Positions 13,013 through 22,619 of a DNA stretch of 64,000 bases are shown one piece after another (positions within the stretch are counted from its first letter, which is position 1; each line of letters starts with the position of its first letter). The stretch spans positions 186,001-250,000 of the forward strand of contig CBFDEM010000016.1 of assembly GCA_965603825.1 (NCBI GenBank), in the 5' to 3' direction. Source of the DNA: Blepharisma stoltei ATCC 30299 (Eukaryota > Protista > Ciliophora). The notes beneath the pieces are model-generated. The model was not told where the DNA came from, did not search any database, and was given only the letters and a program-made list of their open reading frames with translations. The position numbers and the translations under genes were made by a program.

Positions 13013-13429
13013 TTATAGATCCTGGATATCAAATCTTACCCTTTTAGGTTTTATATCTTTTTGAAGGCTGTGTGAAACAGGGGAGTTTGCTAAAGATTTG
13101 GAGACTCCTATATCAGCTGAAAAATTAGGTTTATGATGAAAGGCGTTGTCATAAGCTTTATTATGTGTTCTTCTAACGTTATTCTTTTTTTCTGTGCGTT
13201 CTTCAGCTATTACATCTTTCCACAATGGAGATGCTTTAATCCCGGTTTTTATCCTAATATCTCCATCCTCACAAATCTCTATACTTTCTGAATCTTTTTG
13301 AATCCTCACACTTTTTTTCCCGTTTTTATCAAAAAATACAAGATTTTCCTTGTTATTGTCAAATTGATCTTTGATATCATCCAAAATTCTGCCTCCATAT
13401 CTTAGCATAAACACTACATAATCTTCCAT
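13013..13429 (-). CDS. Hypothetical protein (138 aa) with C-terminal RVxF-like motif KRVRF
   Basis: ATG in TAAAATG context, open frame, TAA stop; no recognisable family. Confidence 0.65.
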   Translation of the reverse strand: MEDYVVFMLRYGGRILDDIKDQFDNNKENLVFFDKNGKKSVRIQKDSESIEICEDGDIRIKTGIKASPLWKDVIAEERTEKKNNVRRTHNKAYDNAFHHKPNFSADIGVSKSLANSPVSHSLQKDIKPKRVRFDIQDL

Positions 13430-13451
13430 TTTATTTATATTTTAAGGCGAA

Positions 13452-14783
13452 TTATAAAGAATTTCCTGTTAAAAATGAATTGATCATATAGTGAGCTTGA
13501 GGTCTTTTCCATTGTGGAACCATATGACCAGCTCCTTTTACAGTTACCCAAGTTAAGCCTTGATATTCAATGTAGTAGCCAGCTACTTGTTCATCGACAT
13601 ACCATGATGAATAACTTTGTTTTACTCCTAGATTTAGGCTGTTTATCCAGTCCCTAGTTCCTATAAAAGGAACTGAGCCATCAACATCACCAGAATAAAC
13701 CATAATTCTCAATCCTGCTCTAATTAGATATGGATACACATAGTAAGATCCATGCAAATAATCTGAAATGTAATCCAAATTTACACAAAATTCCCAATCC
13801 TGGACACTGCTCGGAATATTAAAAGCTTTCTTAAAAGCAGGAGTTCTGAAATACTGATAAGCGCCATCCCATGCACAGCAAGGAGGAATTTCCCCTAGCA
13901 TTGGATTTTGATCAAGCAAGTATTTTAATCTGATTTGGTTGTCTTTATAAGCTTGGGTGTCATTATGATAAATGCAAGTCCCATAGATATCATATACATT
14001 GATATTGGCTAATAACACGTTTGAAATGTAATTAATATCGTTATTGCAGGCTTCACTCGTCCACTCATTGAAATTGTCACAATCATTAACTATTTTTTCA
14101 TACCAATCATAGCCAAATAGTGCATGACTCCAAGCCAATTTGATAAAGGCAGGGTTACAGTCAACAGTTCAGTCTGTGCAGCCATTTCCAACAGCGATTC
14201 CTTTCAGGTTGATGCTGTTATGAGGACTATAAGAATTATACATCAAAATGTTGTAAGCCAACGTTGGAACATATATACCGGCATAGCTTTCTCCTGAGAT
14301 GAAAAAATCGTGGTATCTGTACTCAGGGAATTTTCTGAAAAATTGTAAAAGTGCTTGAAGATTGTCATGAGCTGTTGTTTCGTCATCTGTTAAATTATTT
14401 TGGAGATCGCCCATTACTGAAAAGCCTACACCTGCAGGAGCTTCAAGGTAAAGGACACTTGCATTTGTGTTCCATGAATATTGGTTCTTAAAAAGAACTG
14501 TTCCTTCATCAGGAAATACATAAGGTCCATGCTCATAAATGAAGCCATCTAATGAAGAACAGCCAGGACCTCCATTAAGCCATAGTAGCAAAGGATCAGT
14601 CGCTGGGTTATTTTGGCTTTCGACTAAAATGTAATGCAAAGATTTTCCACCACTGTTTGGAATATCAAGATACCCAGAATAGGTATCAAAAGTTGCAGGT
14701 GTTGGCAACCCTGGCTGGCCTATTACTAAGTCTGATAAGGGAGCAGCAAGAGCAACTGCTAAGAGCAAAACATAAAAAGACAT
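13452..14783 (-). CDS. Serine carboxypeptidase (S10, cathepsin A-like), 443 aa, with signal peptide
   Basis: Signal peptide, [38 protein letters not shown]=Trp at 14169-14171 joins the two ORFs. Confidence 0.95.
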
Positions 14784-14961
14784 TTATTAATTCACCATAA
14801 TAAAACCATAACTAGCAATGAATGAGGATGGGCTTTATTAAAAGATATGGATTTATAAATCTCAATCATACATTTTGTTAAAAATCGCTAATTTATCTTA
14901 ATTAAACAGTTCGAAATCCTTAAAATAATCAAGAAGATTTGTAGCTCTGGTAAATAATAAA

Positions 14962-16434
14962 ATGGAATGGGGAGATCTAAACTCAGCAGTTAATGACGCA
15001 ATAAATTCAAGGATTGAAGGGATATGCACAAGCTTAGCCTCTCAACGGAACACAATTGAGCAAATAATTCAAGCAATTCAAATTATTGAAGAAAAAGTTC
15101 GAAACAATAAGCCTGAAAAGCATAAGTTAACAATAGATCTCAATGAAGATACTTCGTCAAAAATTATTGATAATAGGCCTCAAACAACTAAGGTCCAAGT
15201 TCCCAGAAAATCATTTGGGACGCCTGAAAGGCCAAGCACTACAGACAGCAAACTCAAAAAACAAAATGAGGAAAAATTAAAGAAAGAAGAAGCCAAAAAA
15301 GCAGCTGATGAGGCAAAAAAAATAGCAGAGGAGGCGAAAAAAAGGAAATTTGAAGAAGCTAAAAAGAAAAAAGAGGAGGAAGAAATGAAGAAAAAAGCTG
15401 CTTTTGCAAAGAAAAAGGAAGAAGAAGCTAAGAAAAAAGCTGAGGAAGCGAAAGAGAAAAAATTAAAAGAGGAAGCAAAAGCAAAACAAATTGCAGATAA
15501 AAAAGCTTTATTGGATGAAGAAAAGAAAAAAATCGAAGAAAGCAAAAAAAAATCTGAAGAACTGAAGAAGCATGCAGAAGAATCCAAAAAAAAGCCAGCA
15601 GAATCCAAAAGCAAAGCTGAAGAGGAGAAAAAAAAGAAAATTGATATCAAACTTAAGCCAGAAATTATAAGAACGCATAGAAATACAATTGAAAAGGATT
15701 CAAATATCCAAGAAAACCATGAAATATTTAATACAAACGGGCATAATTCGCCACCGTCAGTGAATCCTTTTGATCCCAGAAGATCTGTAGTAATTGACCA
15801 CCAGGAAGAGGCAAAAATTACTCGTAGAAGTTGTACAATAGATGAATCTTCCAAAAGGCGCTCTTCATTATATCCAATAGAAATCGATGCTCAAATAGCC
15901 CAACTACAAGCATTGCATAGTATGGAAGACTTAACAACTGAAAAGAAATTTGAATTATCAGTAGGAGCAAAAAGCGCTTTAAGCCTCCTAACCACTATGG
16001 ATGACGATAAATTCTACTTAGACAGATATCCTAGCCCTGATGTCGTATGGGCATTTAGAGTATTTTTCCAATTATTAAATCTAGCTGTGCCTGAAGATGA
16101 TAATGAGGCTTGGAATTATTGTAGAGAATTTTTAATTGCTGCAAGAAATAAGGATAGTAATAAGAAATCAATTGATAGAGTTTTTATTGAAAAAGTCAAT
16201 GAATTTGATTTTTCGGAAGATAATATTGATGTGATTGAAAATATGATAATTGGGAATGACTCAAAACTTAATCCTCAATATTTTACTGATTTTTGCCCTC
16301 TTACAGGTCTGCTAATGTTTGCGATTAGAGAGGCTGCTTTGTATGGAGGAGCGATTAAAGGGAAAACACCTGCGTGGAGACAGTATAGGCGATTACTTCA
16401 CAAAAAGCAAAAATCTGAACAGATAAAAGAATAA
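14962..16434 (+). CDS. K/E/A-rich charged-helix protein with C-terminal dynein stalk MTBD-like domain (490 aa)
   Basis: Intact ORF. Central EEAKKK repeats. C-terminal AL..L..D....P..V....LL....W....L...F...FD...NP..F...C..L....Y pattern resembles the dynein microtubule-binding domain (by eye). Confidence 0.75.
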   Translation: MEWGDLNSAVNDAINSRIEGICTSLASQRNTIEQIIQAIQIIEEKVRNNKPEKHKLTIDLNEDTSSKIIDNRPQTTKVQVPRKSFGTPERPSTTDSKLKKQNEEKLKKEEAKKAADEAKKIAEEAKKRKFEEAKKKKEEEEMKKKAAFAKKKEEEAKKKAEEAKEKKLKEEAKAKQIADKKALLDEEKKKIEESKKKSEELKKHAEESKKKPAESKSKAEEEKKKKIDIKLKPEIIRTHRNTIEKDSNIQENHEIFNTNGHNSPPSVNPFDPRRSVVIDHQEEAKITRRSCTIDESSKRRSSLYPIEIDAQIAQLQALHSMEDLTTEKKFELSVGAKSALSLLTTMDDDKFYLDRYPSPDVVWAFRVFFQLLNLAVPEDDNEAWNYCREFLIAARNKDSNKKSIDRVFIEKVNEFDFSEDNIDVIENMIIGNDSKLNPQYFTDFCPLTGLLMFAIREAALYGGAIKGKTPAWRQYRRLLHKKQKSEQIKE

Positions 16435-16595
16435 CACATGAGTAAATTATATGAAACTCTTAGAGAATTATTAATATTTGGGTTTAAACATTTAACATCA
16501 TATTCCTAGATGCAATCTTTACCTTTTAATTAAATAAAAATAAAATAAAAAAGTATTAATATAAACAACTAATGTCTAAAAATAATAATTAAAAA

Positions 16596-16883
16596 ATGTT
16601 TTCTCTACATGAATACAATGACAATTCCGTTTATGATGCAGAAACTCAAATTCTCGAGCAATTAAAAACCTTGCAGAGAGACGTCCAGACAATGAACAAT
16701 CGACTGAGCACAAGAGAAGAAATTTTGAAAACAAAAGAAAAGGAGAATAAAGAACTTAAAGAGGCTATCAAAAAGCTAGAGCAAAATATCAACCAACTAG
16801 CAGGCACTGCTGCAACTGATTTTTCTGATCAAGAAGAAGAAAATATAGTATGCTCTTGCACAAATAAATGCGAAATTCTTTAG
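16596..16883 (+). CDS. Small coiled-coil protein with CaaX (CEIL), 95 aa
   Basis: AAAAATG start, heptad-rich body, ends CSCTNKCEIL-TAG. Confidence 0.75.
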   Translation: MFSLHEYNDNSVYDAETQILEQLKTLQRDVQTMNNRLSTREEILKTKEKENKELKEAIKKLEQNINQLAGTAATDFSDQEEENIVCSCTNKCEIL

Positions 16884-16972
16884 ATTAAATTCTTCCTGCT
16901 AAAGATCAATTTTTGTAAGTTCAAATAAGAAATTATTTAATAAATTGTCTTCGATTTAACAGTAAAAATATA

Positions 16973-17167
16973 ATGGGGAACTGTATGAAGTACCTGGATC
17001 AAGAGAGCCAACTTTGCTTACTTTCTTCTGCAAAGACCAATAACGCCCCTATACTTCAGCCTATAATACAAAACAGGCTTTATAAAAGAAGAGCATCACA
17101 AATAGATAGAGAAAACGAAGGAAAAATCAAGCCTCCTATGGAAAACCAGATCGATTGCTGCTCTTAA
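16973..17167 (+). CDS. Microprotein (64 aa) with MGNC acylation-type N-terminus
   Basis: MGNC start after an AT-rich spacer, coding-like composition, ends DCCS-TAA. Confidence 0.55.
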   Translation: MGNCMKYLDQESQLCLLSSAKTNNAPILQPIIQNRLYKRRASQIDRENEGKIKPPMENQIDCCS

Positions 17168-17276
17168 TCTAGCCAATTGTGCATAAGTTAAACTAATGCT
17201 TTGTACTCTTTATTTGATAAAAATATACAAATTACTGGCAATTAAATTTCTCATTATTAAATTGACTATTGATAAC

Positions 17277-20200
17277 TTAAAATTTGGATTTCTGCTTTTT
17301 CAGCACCTTGCTGGTCCCTCTTTTCTTTTTCCCAGAGTGCTCACGATTCTTCGGTCTTTTCCTTTCTTCTTTCACAGTTTTCTTTTCCTCTTCCTCAGCA
17401 AGCTCTTCGTCTGACCATCTAAGCTCATTTGATTCAGTCATTTTTGACAAAAGAGGTGGAAGTGAAACAGGCGAGTCATTGCTTTGTCTCCTTTTGAATT
17501 CCAAAACTTTGAAATTTTCATGGGTCAAATTTGCAGCGAGTTCTTTGATTTTTGAAGGTAAATTCATGCATTCTTTTAGAAGGGCGGACTCAGTTAAGTC
17601 TTCAGCGATATTCATTTCTTTGTTGTAGGGAATGATTTCTTTCCTCTCGATATTTCTTTCAACGTATGCTAGAAGCATTGAGGCTGACTCCAACGGAGCC
17701 AAAGGCTGAAGCTCGAATCTTTCGCAAGGATATCCAAGCTCAACTGGATAGCTTGTAATAATTAAGCTGAGCTTGTATTTACTATGCAAAGTTTCGATTA
17801 AATTGTGGAATTGGGCGTTTGAGTCTTTAATGATATCATCACAGTCATCTAAAATCAAAAGAATGCTTTTATTAGTAAGGTTCTGCTCCATATCATTGTC
17901 TTCGAATGACATGAATAAGCCTTCTTTTTCTAAATTTTCGTTAAATTGTGCAAGACTTCCTTGGGATTTCATGTTGATCCAGAAGACACCATCATGATAT
18001 TTATCTCTGGCGTATAAGTAATACCCTATATGCTTCGCTAATGAGCTTTTCCCTATACCTTTTTGTCCGACAATATGAACTAGTCGGGATTGAAGCAGTT
18101 TTTCAATAATCTCAAATGCTGCCCTGTGCCTTCCGACTAGGCTACTATTTGTTTTCTGAATATTCACAAACTGTCCTTGCTTAGATGTATGCAGCACATG
18201 TCCAGGAAATAGCACAGACTCATGAGAAAGGATGTCACTTGAAGAGTCACTGAATAACGCTGTGTCCCCTTTTCCTAATAAAATTGGGCCTTTACCTTCA
18301 TATAATTCTTCAATATTAAAATCATCATCATTTAAGTGCTCAAATAGCTTTACATTAGAATCAACAAAATCGTCGCTGATTTGTTTGGCAACTTTTCACG
18401 CATCTCTAACTGTTTTTCCTTCTACCAATAAGGTATAAAATTTTTCGCAGAATATTTCTATTGCTTTTTCAAACATCAATTGGAGCTGGGTGAGATATTT
18501 GCATAGTGGGAATTCTTTGTAGTCAAAACAAATCACAAAATTTATTCCTATATGGTTGATTAAGTATTCGCCAATTTTTTCAGAAAAAGGCATTGCTAAA
18601 ACTACAAGATCAAGGCCAGGTCTTTCTGTAACAGAGCCAAAGAGTTCATGCAATTCAGATATGGGGACTTTATCAGCGCTAAAATTGCTGCTCTCTAAGA
18701 CTAGAGATTCCATTTGTGGCATGCATGTAGATAGATGCAACACTTTGCATCCTTCTTTAATATACTCTATAAGCTTTTGTCTGTTTCCTACATCGAATTT
18801 CATATAAATTAATTTTCTCTTTTGATATAAAGTATCCAGAAGGCTTTTTTTGAAGCTCGAAAAATGAGTACAAACAACTGAATCTTGAGCAAAATTTTCA
18901 GTGTTTACATCGCCTGAAACTAGAGGAAATGCTCTTAGAACAACAATAACGTTGCCACTTCTTCTTCTAATCCTTTCAAATATCAAATTAAGCTGCTCAT
19001 TGATTTCTACTTCATATCTTCTGTCCTTATATTTTCTAGCCATTTCTAAAGCAAATCTTCAAGACTCCTCAGCAGCTATTAACCTTTCCATATTTAAATA
19101 TACTTTCCCCAAAAGATAAAGTGATCTTTCTTCTAGGCCTTTCAAGTTAAGTTCTTTGAATGTTTTATATGAGTACTGGAGTTTTCTGGCTATATCTTCG
19201 TCGCTATGGCTATTGGAAATTTTCCAGTCACAATAAGTTAAATATGATCTTGCAAGACCTGCACTCCCAATAGAAAATCTGAGGTCCTTAAATCGATTAA
19301 TTGCTTGCTCTAAGTGTTCTTCTATTTCTTCAATTCGGCTTTCTGTCATTTCTTTTGGTTTTAAAGGAGCATTGATTGAGATAATTGCTCTTAATAAATA
19401 GCTTTCAGCCAGACAGTCAAGCAGGCCATTGATTTCGAAATGCTGAGAAGCTTTTTCAGCTTGCTTAATAGCTTTTTCGATTCTGAATTTATTTTTAAAT
19501 TCTATTTTCATAGCGCTCCAAGATAGTCTCAGCTTATGCTTTAAAGAATCATTTGTCGTAAAAGTTTTTAAACATTTTTTTACGCTATCAATTGAATTAA
19601 ATGCTTGATTTTTCTTTCCCAAAAGCAAATATATGCACATCACACATTGCCCCATTTCAAAAATAAGATTTCCTATTTCAACTTCTCTCCGATTATTAAA
19701 TATTTGTCTTAAATAAGTTTCACTTAGAAAATCCCAAAAATTGCGCTCCATACTTTCGAATAATTTCTGAGGCGAAAGCTTCGAATTTGTAACTGTAGTT
19801 AACACTTCAGCAATTATTTCTTCACAGTTACAGAGCTTCCAGGTAGGAGATGGAGTTAAAGCATTAAAATTACTAACCGATTTCATCACATTAGAGCAAG
19901 CCATAGATGGCTGCTGACTAATAACCTGCATAAGTACTCTCGACAAAGACGTTAAGTATTCCATACAAATAATTGCATCATCCGCAGATGAAGAGATTTC
20001 AGATTTTATGTATTTTTTAACTGGCTCTGAAACCATCAAGATTTCTTCAGAAGTCGCTGAATCACATTTAACTAAATTGATATTCTCATACTCATCCAAA
20101 GAAATACTAGATCGCAAGTCATGGTTTTGTTCTTCCTCATCACCCATTGCATTATTTCCTTGGTGATCGCTTAAATGTATTTTCACAAGCCATTCTTCTC

Positions 20201-22394
20201 CTTCATGGGATTCTAAAAGATTCAGGGCATCTCTTCAATTGCAAGCTTGCTGGTGACATACAAGGTCTAAATTTTCTCTAAAAATTCCTGCAGGGAGTAA
20301 AGAAAGCAGTTTTATAAGACTGACAGATTCTGGCTTTCTATTCTGAAGATATGTAAGTGACAAATAAAGTGAGCGGCTTTCTTCACTGGCTGTAGGATTG
20401 GAATGATGAGACTGGTAGTCAATTAAAAACTCGTCGACTGATTTCTCCATAAGTACAGGCATCACTTGAAATAGCTCTGTAGGAGACTTGCCAATGCAGT
20501 TTAGAAGCTTTAAAATATCATTGCGAATTTTTTGATAGACTTCTGTCCTTGTTTTTATAAGCTTAGCTGCAGCTCTTTTGCTTAGCTCTTCAAGCTTAAA
20601 CTCGGCAGCTCTATCAAGCTTTATATTGCTTTCTCCGCTTAGAACAATCCAGAATTTCGGAAATTGAGTTCTCTCTACCCATGACGCGATTTTATTTTTG
20701 ACTTTTTCTTTGTTATGGGCGATTATTCCGCCAACATTGTCAATGATTATTAAAAGGTGCATATTTTCAATTATTCTTGCGATTTCTTCTTTACTTTTCT
20801 CCCAAGGGACGTTAAGGCTTTTAGCTATCATTTGGTTGATGGTGCTGGAATTTGTTTTGCCTTGAAGGTTCAAATATAAAACTCCATGCTTGAAAATTCT
20901 TCTTTCACAGGCATAATGGGCGACACTTTTAACTAGAAGAGATTTTCCTATTCCAAGTTTCCCATTTACTATCACTACTCTATTGTTTTTGCCGAGCTCC
21001 AACAGCTCTTGCATTTCTTTGTTTCTTCCTATTATTTTCTGGCGAACTGGAGGGGGTTTAAATAAGGTTTCATATGTGTAAGGCTCTTGGATTTCTTTTT
21101 GAGCCCTTTCAGAAAACAGAACTTTATTTGCAGCTTCTTTATCTTTCATTAGCAGCTTGAATTTCATAGCCTCATTGTGAGGAACTTCTGGTGAACAGCA
21201 GCAAATTACTCAGCTTCCATCTTTGACTTCTTGATCATTTGGAACTCTTGTTTTATTATACTTAGCTAAAAATTTCAAAGCCCACTCGCAGTTTAATTTA
21301 TGGACAGAATCATTATTTCTCTTTTCACATACACACTGCTCATTCGGAGTGTGCTCCATATGATCATTTTTCACTTTCCAAGTGCAATGTCTCTTATGAT
21401 TGTGTGCACAGCAACAAGTAGTTCTCATTGCTGCTTGCTCAAAGTTCACATTTTTCTTTGCTTCAATAAAAGAATTTTTTATTGTTTTGCCTCTGAGCAG
21501 ACTTCTATAAAAAGTGACTGCAAACGAAATTGCAGCATCATCCAATATTTTGCATTGGTCATGAATTGCAATTACGCAGTCAATTCCAGCATCCAAAAAT
21601 ACATGTCCAATGGCTTGTGAAAAGCAAGCGCTGACTATGACTATATTAAAGTACTGGCTTTGGGTTTCCAAAACTTTTTTCAGTCGGCTTTGGTTCACTT
21701 CATCCCTCATACCAAGGCATTTACTATCTTCAAATGCCAGTACAAACTCATTTGGTGAATTTCTTTGATAATACCCATGGCAGCTTATATGTATAATTCT
21801 CGGTTTCAGTTCAATTATTTCTCTTAAATGCTCCAGCGTAGCAGTCTCAAATCGTATTGAAGCATGGATTTGGCTTCTTTCAAAAGCTTCTAGCAGTTTT
21901 TTCCGCTCCATATCAAAATTCAAATTTCAATTGTCACATTCTTTGATTTTGATGCCATCTTTTCGAGTAAGCGGCGCTGCATATAGCATCGCTATATCAA
22001 GCGGTTCTGAGTTTGCTTTGACTTGATTTGTAGGCTTGAATTCGATATCATTTTTGAAGACAGAATGGAGTTGAGAAATATTGTTTTCTAAGTCTTCTAC
22101 TCTTTCTAATAGACTGCCAATTTCGCTTATTTGGGATCTTTGGATAAGGAGTTGGATTTCAGAATCGGTGGAGAGCTCTGTGCTTGAGGAAAGAATTTTG
22201 TAGGCCCCTATTTCTTCGTCGTAGTAACTCACAATTGTGCTTGAATTAGTCAATGCTTGATACTCTTGAAGAAGATTTCAAAGATCCAAATAAGAAATTT
22301 TATTACTAGTAACTAAGTTTTCAGGGATTGGGAAGCCGAATAGCTCAGAGCCTGAGCTTAGACTTCCTACGTCATATGAATAGCTTACCCACAT
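17277..22394 (-). CDS. CHAT protease / STAND NTPase tandem-duplicated NLR-like protein (1705 aa)
   Basis: One continuous frame from ATG 22394 to TAA 17277 with six TGA=Trp (22278, 21927, 21210, 20235, 19059, 18396); all gaps between track ORFs translated by hand. CHAT motifs IIHISCHG and IVIVSACFS. Walker A/B GKLGIGKS/LIIIDN. Second CHAT-like VLHLSTC/LVVLAMPFS. Second Walker A/B GQKGIGKS/LLILDD. Confidence 0.9.
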
Positions 22395-22619
22395 TTCTAT
22401 TATAAAGAAAATATCTAAATTTTAAAGAAGATAAATATTATTGATTTATTCATGGATTTAGCTGATATTTTAAGGTTTGGGTTTATAATGCAAGTCTTTA
22501 TTAAAAATAAAAATAATAGGCTTTTCTTTAGGACTATATGTTATTTATTATTTTTTCAAGTTTAAATAAATTTCTATTGAAGACATATACAAAAAAACAA
22601 TACAACGACATTAAATATT

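Noticed and set aside
15180-15854. 224-aa F/S-rich minus-strand ORF resembling a membrane protein
   Set aside because: Antisense of the GAA/AAA-rich K/E repeat region; a compositional artefact. The same applies to ORFs opposite 36914-41320 and other coiled-coil genes.
17277-22394. Reading the six ORFs as a prokaryote-like defence operon or as pseudogene fragments
   Set aside because: All pieces share one frame and are separated only by TGA, which is Trp across this window. Context (introns, RPB10, RPS18) is eukaryotic.
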